Shown here: in pieces, positions 35,869 to 44,672 of the stretch
Numbering within the stretch: the stretch's first letter is position 1
How the letters are laid out: every line of letters starts with the position of its first letter
DNA from: a virus
Taxonomy: Duplodnaviria > Caudoviricetes
IMG/VR virus record: IMGVR_UViG_3300008110_007313
DNA: 64,000 bases
Strand: one strand, 5' to 3'
Notes under the pieces: model-generated
Database searches by the model: none
Seen by the model: only the letters and a program-made list of their open reading frames with translations
What the model was told of the DNA's origin: nothing
Program-made: the position numbers and the translations under genes

Positions 35869-36526
35869 CGGAATTCCTTTTCAATGTATTTAAGAATTCC
35901 TGTGTTTGGGCGGTTTTAATTCCAGTAACTTGCAGTGTGGCTCTAGGCACATGCCCTGCATTGGCTGTGGCATGTGGTACATTGACCCAATCAAATGTTG
36001 AAACATCGCCTGCACGCCAACCAGTCCAGGCATAGTTGCCATAACTCCAGAAATGTCCTTGCTGCCAGTCTGTGAGCTGTACAAAATAGCGTACCACTTG
36101 GCTGGGATCAGCCGGCATCCATTTTTCCAGCTTGTCTAAGTGCAAGTTCCACACTTGTCCAGGATGTTGCACATGTATGCGGGCCATGCTTTTTTCCAAG
36201 CCAAATTGATCAGCAATGCGCTGAAACACCGGCGCTAGATCATAAGTCAAGTTTGTGACCACGTAGTCGCGCCCATAGCCTTGCTGTTCTAGGTCATGGT
36301 CTTCTTGATCGTACTCTTCTGTGGCACGTTTTAATGGATCTGACTCGCGACCTCGAGTACGCCAGGTCACAGATTTTGATACAGCGACCGCAGCAGCTAG
36401 TTCCGCAGTCCAGTCTGGCTCGATGTGTCCTAGGTGTTGCACAGTGTCCCAGCGTGGATCCTGTTGTGTAGTATCAAAATGATATTGGCTGCGGGCTCGG
36501 GTTATTTCCCAATTTGATTGTGTCAT
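35849..36526 (-). CDS. cupin / 2OG-Fe(II) oxygenase-like protein
   Basis: HVQHPGQVWNLHLDK (HxD) and distal VPHATANAG..RATLQVTG. Confidence 0.6.
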   Translation of the reverse strand: MTQSNWEITRARSQYHFDTTQQDPRWDTVQHLGHIEPDWTAELAAAVAVSKSVTWRTRGRESDPLKRATEEYDQEDHDLEQQGYGRDYVVTNLTYDLAPVFQRIADQFGLEKSMARIHVQHPGQVWNLHLDKLEKWMPADPSQVVRYFVQLTDWQQGHFWSYGNYAWTGWRAGDVSTFDWVNVPHATANAGHVPRATLQVTGIKTAQTQEFLNTLKRNSDVNTTG

Positions 36527-37161
36527 ATTACTGTTACCTCAATATCGTTGTTGGTGTAATTTTGTCTGTAACTGCTGTCTGGCCAGGCAATGTTTAATGC
36601 ATTACATAATTCCAAATTAGTGCGCACCTGTTTTGATCCGCGGTGTTTGTAATTCCACATAGTGTCAGTGATACCTTGATTTTGTTTCTTGATACACGTG
36701 GCCATGTGCTTTAAATCTTGATAATATTCACGGTATAATGGATACGTTATATCAAAATGGCCACATTTTACCCACCAACCCAGGCAAGAATCATTGCTGC
36801 GATGAACCAACACAATGGCACAATCCATGAACTGTTCACGCAAGTGTCGGATATTTTGTTCATACGAGAAGATGTGGCTTTTGATGATTCTAACTCCTTG
36901 GGAGTCTTTGCTAAACGGGTAATCAAAGCTGGCCTCCAATTGTTGTCGGTCGAGTATGGTGAGATCCTCGGGCAAAGGACAAGCCATGCCAGGATCCCAA
37001 TATGCACCCAAATGCATAAGTTCTCGCTGACCTGATGCATCGTGGTAATACGTCCACTCGTCTCTGTAGTCTGAACGATCTATCGATGGCGAGTAATAGA
37101 TGTTTTTTACAACACTGCTCCATTTTGAGCCTGGAGCGCCGGCTACAAAGACATATTTCAT
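36523..37161 (-). CDS. P-loop / sulfotransferase-like protein
   Basis: MKYVFVAGAPGSKWSSV, RIIKSH and IVLVHR motifs; start ATG 37161. Confidence 0.55.
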   Translation of the reverse strand: MKYVFVAGAPGSKWSSVVKNIYYSPSIDRSDYRDEWTYYHDASGQRELMHLGAYWDPGMACPLPEDLTILDRQQLEASFDYPFSKDSQGVRIIKSHIFSYEQNIRHLREQFMDCAIVLVHRSNDSCLGWWVKCGHFDITYPLYREYYQDLKHMATCIKKQNQGITDTMWNYKHRGSKQVRTNLELCNALNIAWPDSSYRQNYTNNDIEVTVI

Positions 37162-38120
37162 TTGTTGGGAGTAATTCGTCGAGCAATAGGTTGCCAAGTT
37201 TGTTGCAGTCGAGCCATGCTTGCTCGCACTCCGGCAGCTGAATGTTCTGTAGGTGTGATATACATCATGTTTTCACGAAACTTGACAGCGGCTTCAGCTG
37301 ATTGAATAGCAGGCACAAACTGATCACGGTACCATGCTTGAATTTCAGGGGGTGTGCCTGGTGGCAATACCATGTTCCAGCAACCGTGAATGCTGAGTCC
37401 AGGCGCTGCTTTGCTCATCAAAGGAATATGCTCTAGCCCAGGCAAGGCACGTGTGTCTGCAATGCCAATGAACTTGAGACGTCCTGCTTGCACATGTGGA
37501 TAGCCCACAGCCACTGGTGTTACACCAAACTCTACGTGCCCGCCCATGACATCTAGTAGAGCCTGTGCTGGGCCTTTGTACATGGCAGTTTGAAGGTTGT
37601 CGCTACCTGCTACACTTACTTTGTCTACAAGATATTCCACTGCCAGCTTGTGTCCACCACCGCCAATGGCCACAGTCATTCGTTGTCGATTACGAATGGC
37701 TGCAACAAATTCTTCTGGTGTGTTGATCTTGCTTGACGGATGTGCCCAAAATGCCAGGGGTGATCTAGCAATGTTGGCAATGGGTTCCAGATCCATGGGG
37801 TTGTACTTGATCATGTCCTTGAACCAGATTTCGGGAGTGACCCAGTTTGATTGGCAAGCAGGCACACTTATGGTGTGACCATCACGTGGTGTTGTGACAA
37901 AATGATTGATAGCAATGTTGCCGTCAGCTCCTGGGCGATATTCAGAATTGAATTTGGCTCCAGTTTTACGTTCCACAATGTCTGCAACGATTCTAAACGA
38001 GATTTCGTTGCCAGCACCAGGACCATTGGGGAATATCACCGTAACAGGTTTAGTGGGCTGCCAAGCCAGCGCAACAGTAGGCGCCAAAACTAAGGCTGCA
38101 AGTAATTTTTTCATTGACAT
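37158..38120 (-). CDS. Bug/TctC family tripartite tricarboxylate transporter substrate-binding protein
   Basis: Signal peptide; WQPTKPVTVIFPNGPGAG, YRPGADGNIA, YKGPAQALLDVMGGHV and LPPGTPPEI motifs. Confidence 0.85.
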   Translation of the reverse strand: MSMKKLLAALVLAPTVALAWQPTKPVTVIFPNGPGAGNEISFRIVADIVERKTGAKFNSEYRPGADGNIAINHFVTTPRDGHTISVPACQSNWVTPEIWFKDMIKYNPMDLEPIANIARSPLAFWAHPSSKINTPEEFVAAIRNRQRMTVAIGGGGHKLAVEYLVDKVSVAGSDNLQTAMYKGPAQALLDVMGGHVEFGVTPVAVGYPHVQAGRLKFIGIADTRALPGLEHIPLMSKAAPGLSIHGCWNMVLPPGTPPEIQAWYRDQFVPAIQSAEAAVKFRENMMYITPTEHSAAGVRASMARLQQTWQPIARRITPNK

Positions 38121-38195
38121 AGGGTTCCTTAAATAGTATACTTGATTTACAGCAACAGAGCAAAAATTTTTATGGTCTGTTGTAAAATTCTCTTT

Positions 38196-38203
38196 TATTT
38201 ATA
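38196..38203 (-). promoter_or_regulatory. full T4 late consensus TATAAATA
   Basis: tatttata on the plus strand, about 75 nt upstream of the Bug/TctC operon start. Confidence 0.5.
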
Positions 38204-38212
38204 AAATTTTTT

Positions 38213-38941
38213 ATGAACACCAAAATTTTTAATCTAATCACAAAAAATTTGCAACAGGCATTTGCTTTGCCCAAGTATGCAGATATTGTGATCAACGCAG
38301 ACACTGTAGTCAACACACTGCCTTGGACCCCGGCACGCTACTCAAAGTTCAAAGACGCTGTGGAAGCAGAACTTAGCTTGCCCTGCGAGTATCGTGGCAC
38401 CCTGCGTGAAATTACAGACGACCTAAGCGAACGCTACACACATAGGTTTTTTGCTGAGATTTGGAAACCACGCACAGGCGACTATGAACACACGGGCTGG
38501 GAATTGGCTGACGAAGTTAACAAGCTGAATCCAGAGAAAGTATTAGATGTAGGCTGTGGATATCATCCTTTTAAAGGACGCATACACAATCTAATTGGTA
38601 TTGATCCCTACAACAACTGTGCTGACTATGAAGTGGACATCTTGGACTACAAGGTCAAGCCCGAAAGCTACGATGTTATTATTGCCCTGGGATCAATCAA
38701 CTTTAACTCACGAGATGAAATTGAATCACGATTCGCGCACTGTGTGACGTTGTTGAAATCCGGCGGCCGGTTCTTTTTACGAGCCAATCCAGGGATAACA
38801 CACAAGACAGGGCCTTATGTGGAAATCTTTAATTGGACTTTTGAAGTTGTAAATGAATTTGCCGAAAAGTACAATTTAAATCTAGACACATTCAAGAAAG
38901 ATGCCAATGATAGATTGTATTTTGTCTATACCAAACGATGA
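38213..38941 (+). CDS. class I SAM-dependent methyltransferase
   Basis: VLDVGCG motif I, IGID, YDVII..GSINF and LLKSGG motifs. Confidence 0.85.
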   Translation: MNTKIFNLITKNLQQAFALPKYADIVINADTVVNTLPWTPARYSKFKDAVEAELSLPCEYRGTLREITDDLSERYTHRFFAEIWKPRTGDYEHTGWELADEVNKLNPEKVLDVGCGYHPFKGRIHNLIGIDPYNNCADYEVDILDYKVKPESYDVIIALGSINFNSRDEIESRFAHCVTLLKSGGRFFLRANPGITHKTGPYVEIFNWTFEVVNEFAEKYNLNLDTFKKDANDRLYFVYTKR

Positions 38942-39157
38942 TTATTTGCCGGCAGCTCTTAGATTAGCCCCATTATTGAAGCTGGGACTGTAAGGACTGT
39001 TGCCCGGAATGTTGCCCTTGCGAGCTGACCAGTAGTAGCCTGCACGATGCCCCGAACAGTCCTTGGTACAAGGTGAGCCCAGAAAACTCAACTCATCCAA
39101 CTGTTCTTCTTGACTTTTTTTGATCTGGCGCCGACGCATAAATTCACGCAGTCTCAT
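38942..39157 (-). CDS. small Cys-containing protein with capsid-targeting-like leader
   Basis: MRLREF; LSFLGSPCTKDCSGHRAGYYWS module. Confidence 0.65.
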   Translation of the reverse strand: MRLREFMRRRQIKKSQEEQLDELSFLGSPCTKDCSGHRAGYYWSARKGNIPGNSPYSPSFNNGANLRAAGK

Positions 39158-40329
39158 AGTCCAGCCAACTCTTTGAGTCTGCGCACTGTTTCGCCCATGG
39201 TACCAGTCCTAGGCTGATCAAACATATCTGCTTGTCTATCAGCTCTGGCACGACTGATGGTAGGCAGCACATCATCGCTGCCAGCAGGCAATTCCACAGG
39301 TTCGTTGTACATATAGGTCACATTAGAATTGGGATCCTTGGTGACCTTGGGCACTCGTGGACCACGGTCCACTGTGGTAGGCAGCGGTTGATCACGCATA
39401 GGAGCAGTCTGAGTTGCAGCTGGTTGACTCTTGGCAGCAGGTTCAACTGGGGGCTTGATTCCAATTGTAGGAGGAGCGTATGTGTTAGTGTTGGCCGGCT
39501 TATTGATTTCTGTGTTGCGTTGATCTTTGTCTTTTTCTCTTTTCTTGCGACTGTCAGATCGGCGTGTTTGTCCAGATCCTGCAAACGCAGAAGGTTCTTT
39601 GTCGGCCTTGGGCAAATCAACCTGGCTTCGACTCACAGGTTCTTTGTTACCGCCCTGGCGCAACTGACGCTCCATGCCATCTATTTCGCGATTGAGTTGA
39701 TTGAGTTCGTTGTCGAGACTGTCATTTTCTTGATCTAGATTGGCGATCTGTTGGCTTTGTTTTTTGCTGAGATCACGTAGGCGATCTAGAGTTTGATCTT
39801 GACGAGCATTGGTTTTGTTCTGTGCACCAAAACTTTGGTCAGTGGTAGTTTGGTTTTCTATTTCGTTGCGTATAAACGCTTCTATGTCAGATCTAGCTGA
39901 CGGATACTTGGCATAGGCCTGACGCAGTGCCACACTGAGTTTGGGGTCTTTTACTCCTGATCTGCTGAGATCAGGTTGTTCTTTTTTTTCGCGTTCAAAC
40001 AGCCCGGCCTGTCCTGCACTCATGTTCACAGGCGTAACATTGAGATTGAGTCGGTCAGCCAAGGCCAAGAACTTGTCGGACCTGCTCATGGTGTTGTACA
40101 CAAAGTCTCGTTTGTCACTCATGTCCTGTAGCTGATTGTAGTGATCAGCCAAGGCATCCACTTCTGGATCGCTGAGTTTGATCACATCGTCGCCAAAGGT
40201 CAGCGTCAAGGTAGCGGCAGTTTTACGCCCTTGATAAAAATCAACCAGCATTTTGAAATTGGCGCCGCCAAGTGCTTTGCTGCCTACGGCTCCGTATTCT
40301 AACAGTGTAACAACGTCTGTGATTTTCAT
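39154..40329 (-). CDS. coiled-coil hypothetical protein
   Basis: 391 aa; central heptad-like region, Pro-rich tail; TATAAATA 5 nt upstream (40335-40342). Confidence 0.65.
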   Translation of the reverse strand: MKITDVVTLLEYGAVGSKALGGANFKMLVDFYQGRKTAATLTLTFGDDVIKLSDPEVDALADHYNQLQDMSDKRDFVYNTMSRSDKFLALADRLNLNVTPVNMSAGQAGLFEREKKEQPDLSRSGVKDPKLSVALRQAYAKYPSARSDIEAFIRNEIENQTTTDQSFGAQNKTNARQDQTLDRLRDLSKKQSQQIANLDQENDSLDNELNQLNREIDGMERQLRQGGNKEPVSRSQVDLPKADKEPSAFAGSGQTRRSDSRKKREKDKDQRNTEINKPANTNTYAPPTIGIKPPVEPAAKSQPAATQTAPMRDQPLPTTVDRGPRVPKVTKDPNSNVTYMYNEPVELPAGSDDVLPTISRARADRQADMFDQPRTGTMGETVRRLKELAGL

Positions 40330-40333
40330 AATT

Positions 40334-40789
40334 TTATTTATAAGCAGTGCGATTGATGTTCAAGCGTTGCTGAAGTCTTTGTATAGCAGTGTCGGCTTTT
40401 TGTATCAAACTGGCATAGTTGTCTTGATCGGCACCTCGCATGTACAATGCTAAGTCTGTGTCAGCTTCTAGTCCAGGGTTCATGAGTCCGCGTTTTTCGG
40501 CCGCTGTTCGCAGTTTTTCCAGCTGTTGCATTTTGTCAATGGCTGCGTTTACTCCAGACAACTTGGTTTTGAGTTCTGAATAGCTGTATTTGCTATAATC
40601 TGTAGGTGGAGTAGGTGCCGGGCGTCCAGCCTTGGCAGTCATAAATCGTTGAGCCATGTTTTTCTCAAAATCCTGTTGCCAAGCAGCTACGTCTTGATCT
40701 CGTTGTTGTGTGATAGCACCACGAGCCTGTTGCAGAGCAGCCAGGGCTTCAGGTTTGAGTGCTTCTTGTAAAAATTCACTGGCTCTCAT
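40334..40789 (-). CDS. hypothetical protein with capsid-targeting-like leader
   Basis: Begins MRASEFLQEA. Confidence 0.7.
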   Translation of the reverse strand: MRASEFLQEALKPEALAALQQARGAITQQRDQDVAAWQQDFEKNMAQRFMTAKAGRPAPTPPTDYSKYSYSELKTKLSGVNAAIDKMQQLEKLRTAAEKRGLMNPGLEADTDLALYMRGADQDNYASLIQKADTAIQRLQQRLNINRTAYK

Positions 40790-41397
40790 TTTTTGTCCCG
40801 TGGTTGAACAGCAGTGGGCATGTTCTTGTATCTACGTGTGTTGGGGTCGTATACTGTCTTCATGGGACCAGCACCAGCCAACTTCTTGAGTCGGTTGACC
40901 ATGTCATCAAAGTCTGCAGGGTCGTGACGTCCACCAATTTTTTCCTTGGCACCTTCCATGTTGGCAATAGGTGCCACAGGAGCATCGGCTACATCCTTTT
41001 CTAACTGGCTGATGTCGCCTTCGTCCATTTCGTCAGGTTGTGCGGTGCTGTGAATTCTCCCGGTACCAGCGGTTGGAACAGCACCACTGGTACGAGCAAA
41101 AGGATCTGCGGGCAAGCGTTTGCTTTGTCCTTTGAAAATATCATCTCGACGAGTTTTTGATCCGTCACCGCCATAACCTGTGGCAGTTAAGTCTCGGCCG
41201 TATTCGCTGCCGCGATGAGCATTGTAGTAATCATCTCTGTCATAGTTGCCTTCCGCCACACCTTGCTTCTTGAGAATATCCAGTGCGTGTTTTTCCATCT
41301 GTTTTTTGGTAATAGGTTTACCGGGTGCTTCCTTACCTTTGAAATAATCAGAACCTTTTTTCACGACCTGGTTGTGGTGCTGACTTATCCATTTCAT
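40786..41397 (-). CDS. modular protein; probably the frameshifted 3' half of the upstream ORF
   Basis: Contains KQGVAEG and DEMDEG linkers; overlaps the upstream ORF by 50 nt around an A6 run. Confidence 0.55.
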   Translation of the reverse strand: MKWISQHHNQVVKKGSDYFKGKEAPGKPITKKQMEKHALDILKKQGVAEGNYDRDDYYNAHRGSEYGRDLTATGYGGDGSKTRRDDIFKGQSKRLPADPFARTSGAVPTAGTGRIHSTAQPDEMDEGDISQLEKDVADAPVAPIANMEGAKEKIGGRHDPADFDDMVNRLKKLAGAGPMKTVYDPNTRRYKNMPTAVQPRDKK

Positions 41398-41971
41398 TCA
41401 AGCCTTCCGCCACACCTTTTTTCATTTTGTCTAACTGCGTTAGTCTTGCGAGCTCTTGATCAGTCAAGGGGTTGTCTAACTTGGGCACCTTGGGTTTGAC
41501 GTTGGTGGGGTAGTATGCTGTTTTTGCACGATTTTTTGTACCAGGAATTTGTTGGTTGGCCACACGCACGCCTTCATCAACATCATCTTTTGCCGTACCT
41601 TGAGACTTTTCAGCACGAGCAATTCTATTGCCTAGGCTGTTTAACTCATGTTCCATGGCGCGAGCTTGACGCTCGCGATCAGTCAAGTTCTGTTCACGAT
41701 CTGCATACTGCCAATTATTGCCGCCCAGTGAGTCATACTCATTTTTCATTTGTTCGTATTTGGCTTTTAGTTCTGGCAATTGAGCTAGATCTGCCTGGGC
41801 AGCATTAGAGTCTGCCTGTGTTCGTTCTGCATCGCGCTGTGCCATGCGTTGACGACTGCGCTCACGTTCTTGTTCTGGTGTTCCAGCAATGCGAACATTC
41901 ATACCCCGGGCGCGGGCCATTGCTGCAAATTGGTCAGCTAGATTTTCTGTTACAACTTGATTTATTTTCAT
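41348..41971 (-). CDS. modular protein with leader MKINQVVTEN
   Basis: Ends GVAEGLNEMDKSAPQPGREKRF, that is, about 15 residues into a new module. Confidence 0.65.
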   Translation of the reverse strand: MKINQVVTENLADQFAAMARARGMNVRIAGTPEQERERSRQRMAQRDAERTQADSNAAQADLAQLPELKAKYEQMKNEYDSLGGNNWQYADREQNLTDRERQARAMEHELNSLGNRIARAEKSQGTAKDDVDEGVRVANQQIPGTKNRAKTAYYPTNVKPKVPKLDNPLTDQELARLTQLDKMKKGVAEGLNEMDKSAPQPGREKRF

Positions 41972-42510
41972 TATCTAATTCCTGCTAGACTTTGTAGCGC
42001 ACGACTTTCATCTGTGGGTTCGTGTATCTTTTTAGGAGCAATACCAGCAGCTGATCTAACATCATTTAGATCTTCGTCGTGCACACGACGATATTCGTTG
42101 GGCGTGCATGGCACAATCTTGGCAAACGCATCTTCGTCCCAGTCATAGTTTTGGTCTTGATAGCGCCAACGCCAGTCGCTGGGTTCAAATTCTGTAAGGG
42201 TGCCAAGGTCACTCAGCAGGTCCTGGATTTGCCCGGCCACTGCTGATCTACGACGCAATTCAACATACACTAGATAACGACTGGGTTTGATTTCACCAGG
42301 ACTACGGTCTGCGTCCAGCACAAAGTCATAGCCCTTTTCAAACCAGCTTACTAGGTCCTTGGCAGCTTGCAAATCTCTTACAAAAAAGCTCACAACCACA
42401 ATGTCAGCATCATCACCCATTTTTGAAGTAAACTCATCAATGTGAATGGTAGGCTTCATCATGCCATCTAGGTCTTTGTACTGTAGGCCTTCTAACAAGT
42501 GTTTGAACAT
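41971..42510 (-). CDS. hypothetical protein
   Basis: 179-aa ORF coupled on both sides. Confidence 0.7.
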   Translation of the reverse strand: MFKHLLEGLQYKDLDGMMKPTIHIDEFTSKMGDDADIVVVSFFVRDLQAAKDLVSWFEKGYDFVLDADRSPGEIKPSRYLVYVELRRRSAVAGQIQDLLSDLGTLTEFEPSDWRWRYQDQNYDWDEDAFAKIVPCTPNEYRRVHDEDLNDVRSAAGIAPKKIHEPTDESRALQSLAGIR

Positions 42511-43103
42511 TATATGGCTCCTGGTGCTGCGGGCTGTTGCGGTGTGGCTGCTAGGTTCTGTTGAGCAGTATCTGCTGCTGTATCGCTTTGATTTTCCTGT
42601 TTGTCTAGATCCTGCTCATAGGCTTGATCTAGTTCGTCAAGATCAATTTCTTGGTCTTCCATCTCAATTGATCCAGTCTTGATGTCATTCATCAGACTCT
42701 TGGGCATGATAATTTCTACCAACCATACAGGTTTTTCAACGATCTTGGCTTTTTTAGTGCCAGGTATGTAGTCTGAAGGATCTGTGATGCGAATAGGAAT
42801 TTTAATCATTTTCTTTTGATAGTTGACGTCACAGTCAAAAGGCAACAATCTACGGGCACCACGTGGATCAGGCATGAGTTTTTCGGGCCACATAAATGTA
42901 CAGGCCACACGATATTTTGTGATTTCGGGACCGGCCACAAGCTCGCCAATCTCCCAGTTTTTAAAGGCATACATATCTACTTCGTCCAACACACGCTCAA
43001 AATCTAGTAGCGTGGTAATTGTGCCCTCGCTCATGTAGATATCGCGGATATTGTCGGCGACTTGCCAGTAGTCTTCGTGGTTTTTAAATAGGTCTCGATC
43101 CAT
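42510..43103 (-). CDS. hypothetical protein with acidic tail
   Basis: 197 aa; TAAATA 7 nt upstream (43111-43116). Confidence 0.7.
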   Translation of the reverse strand: MDRDLFKNHEDYWQVADNIRDIYMSEGTITTLLDFERVLDEVDMYAFKNWEIGELVAGPEITKYRVACTFMWPEKLMPDPRGARRLLPFDCDVNYQKKMIKIPIRITDPSDYIPGTKKAKIVEKPVWLVEIIMPKSLMNDIKTGSIEMEDQEIDLDELDQAYEQDLDKQENQSDTAADTAQQNLAATPQQPAAPGAI

Positions 43104-43266
43104 GGTTGTATATTTACCACAACAGGACTCAAGCTGGATTTTGACATCACAGGGTCAACAGCCTAATACTTATGCTGAAAAACCAAAGAAATCTGTCCAC
43201 ATAATTCTCTGATTCACTGTACCGTAAATATCCTTGTCCAACTAACGGACACAAGGAGAAAACACT

Positions 43267-44004
43267 TTGAGTAGAAACCGCGCTGCGAAAGCACAAAACA
43301 AACGTATGGTACAGACACAAGAGAACACTATCAGCTTTAACCAAGCACCTAAAGCGGCACAGCGCCGCATAGACCTGATCCCTCGAACACGAAATCAGGA
43401 ACGCTTGGTGCTGGCTCTTTTGGACGCTGACCAACACATAGTTGTTACCACTGGTCCTGCTGGCACTGGCAAAACGTATCTAGCCATGCAAGCAGCAGTA
43501 AAAGCATTAAGAGAAGGAGATTGCGATCGCATAGTATTAACACGCCCAGCGGTTGGCGTAGAGGGAGAACAACATGGTTTCCTCCCGGGCAATTTAGTTG
43601 CTAAAATGGAACCTTGGACTCGTCCTTTGCTAGACGTCATGCGGGAATACTACCGCCCTCAGGACATTGTAGCCATGATAGAAGATCAGGTTGTGGAAAT
43701 TGCGCCTCTGGCATTCATGCGCGGCCGCACCTTTAAAAACTCGTGGATTATTGCCGACGAAATGCAAAATGCAACTCCGGCACAGGCCAAGATGTTAATG
43801 ACTCGCATTGGAACGAACTCTAAGATTGTGATCACAGGTGATGTTGAGCAAGCTGATCGTAACGCAGACGACAACGGCTTGATGGACCTGGTAACAAGAT
43901 TGCAATCTTTCCCAGTGAACGGTATCACGGTTTGCCCCATGGAAAACCGTGATGTTCAGCGACACAAGATCATAGGAGAAGTGTTACGACTCTATAGTAA
44001 ATAA
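43267..44004 (+). CDS. phoH: PhoH-family ATPase
   Basis: GPAGTGKT, GFLPG, EIAPLAFMRGRTF, DEMQN and GDVEQAD motifs; TTG start. Confidence 0.92.
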   Translation: MSRNRAAKAQNKRMVQTQENTISFNQAPKAAQRRIDLIPRTRNQERLVLALLDADQHIVVTTGPAGTGKTYLAMQAAVKALREGDCDRIVLTRPAVGVEGEQHGFLPGNLVAKMEPWTRPLLDVMREYYRPQDIVAMIEDQVVEIAPLAFMRGRTFKNSWIIADEMQNATPAQAKMLMTRIGTNSKIVITGDVEQADRNADDNGLMDLVTRLQSFPVNGITVCPMENRDVQRHKIIGEVLRLYSK

Positions 44005-44009
44005 GGGCC

Positions 44010-44672
44010 ATGCTGGCCCAACTTGCCCACCCTAATTTAATCGTAGTTCACTACAGACCATATCAGGGTGGCAAGTTTTTCATCAACTGCCTTGCTCATC
44101 ACTACAAAGTAATGCCTCAGCTGGATACCAGCTGTTACCTGTCTGGTCAAGATTTCAAAATACAACAAATTCACAACAGTTTGCCCCCGCCTGAACACCT
44201 ACGCAAGTGGGAAAAATTCGAGTTGGGTTGCAGATCTTTTTGGGGCGGTAAGTTGACTGAATTGTTGCAACGTACACAACAACCTAACTCAGTGTCAACT
44301 GAATTGTTGAGTCAATACCGTTGTTTCATAGTCAATCACATGACCAATCCAGAACGCCTTGATCTAATTGATCTGAATCTGCCAATGGCCAGACACATTG
44401 TACTCACCAACGCTGATGAGTTTTGCAAGACGTCAATTGAGAAAAAAGCACCTCTGGACTATGATCCCAAGTTGTCAACAGGATCATTTGAAAGACACAT
44501 GTTTACAAACCGCAATGCATTTTTTCTAGATGTAGATTCTGCATATTCTAACTCAACACAATTGATTACGCAACTGCATCGGTGTTTGATCTGGCTGGGC
44601 GTGGATACTGAACTAGATCCAACAGTATCTCAGTTTATTGATCAATATCGTTGGCTTCATGGCCTACAATAG
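44010..44672 (+). CDS. hypothetical protein with sulfotransferase/P-loop-like N-terminus
   Basis: IVVHYRPYQGGKFFINCL resembles three other ORFs in the window. Confidence 0.55.
   Translation: MLAQLAHPNLIVVHYRPYQGGKFFINCLAHHYKVMPQLDTSCYLSGQDFKIQQIHNSLPPPEHLRKWEKFELGCRSFWGGKLTELLQRTQQPNSVSTELLSQYRCFIVNHMTNPERLDLIDLNLPMARHIVLTNADEFCKTSIEKKAPLDYDPKLSTGSFERHMFTNRNAFFLDVDSAYSNSTQLITQLHRCLIWLGVDTELDPTVSQFIDQYRWLHGLQ

Larger units (their letters stand above)
22835..41418 (-). repeat. dispersed 15-17-bp repeat CAAGGTGTGGCGGAAGG encoding (Q/K)GVAE(G)
   Basis: Copies at 22835-22849, 23739-23755 (one mismatch), 41249-41265 and 41403-41418. Degenerate copies at 23358-23374 and 32863-32879. Confidence 0.8.

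Noticed and set aside
43141-43170. Possible sigma70 promoter for phoH (TTGACA at 43141)
   Set aside because: The -10 at 17-nt spacing is TAATAC, lacking the conserved final T; too weak to call.
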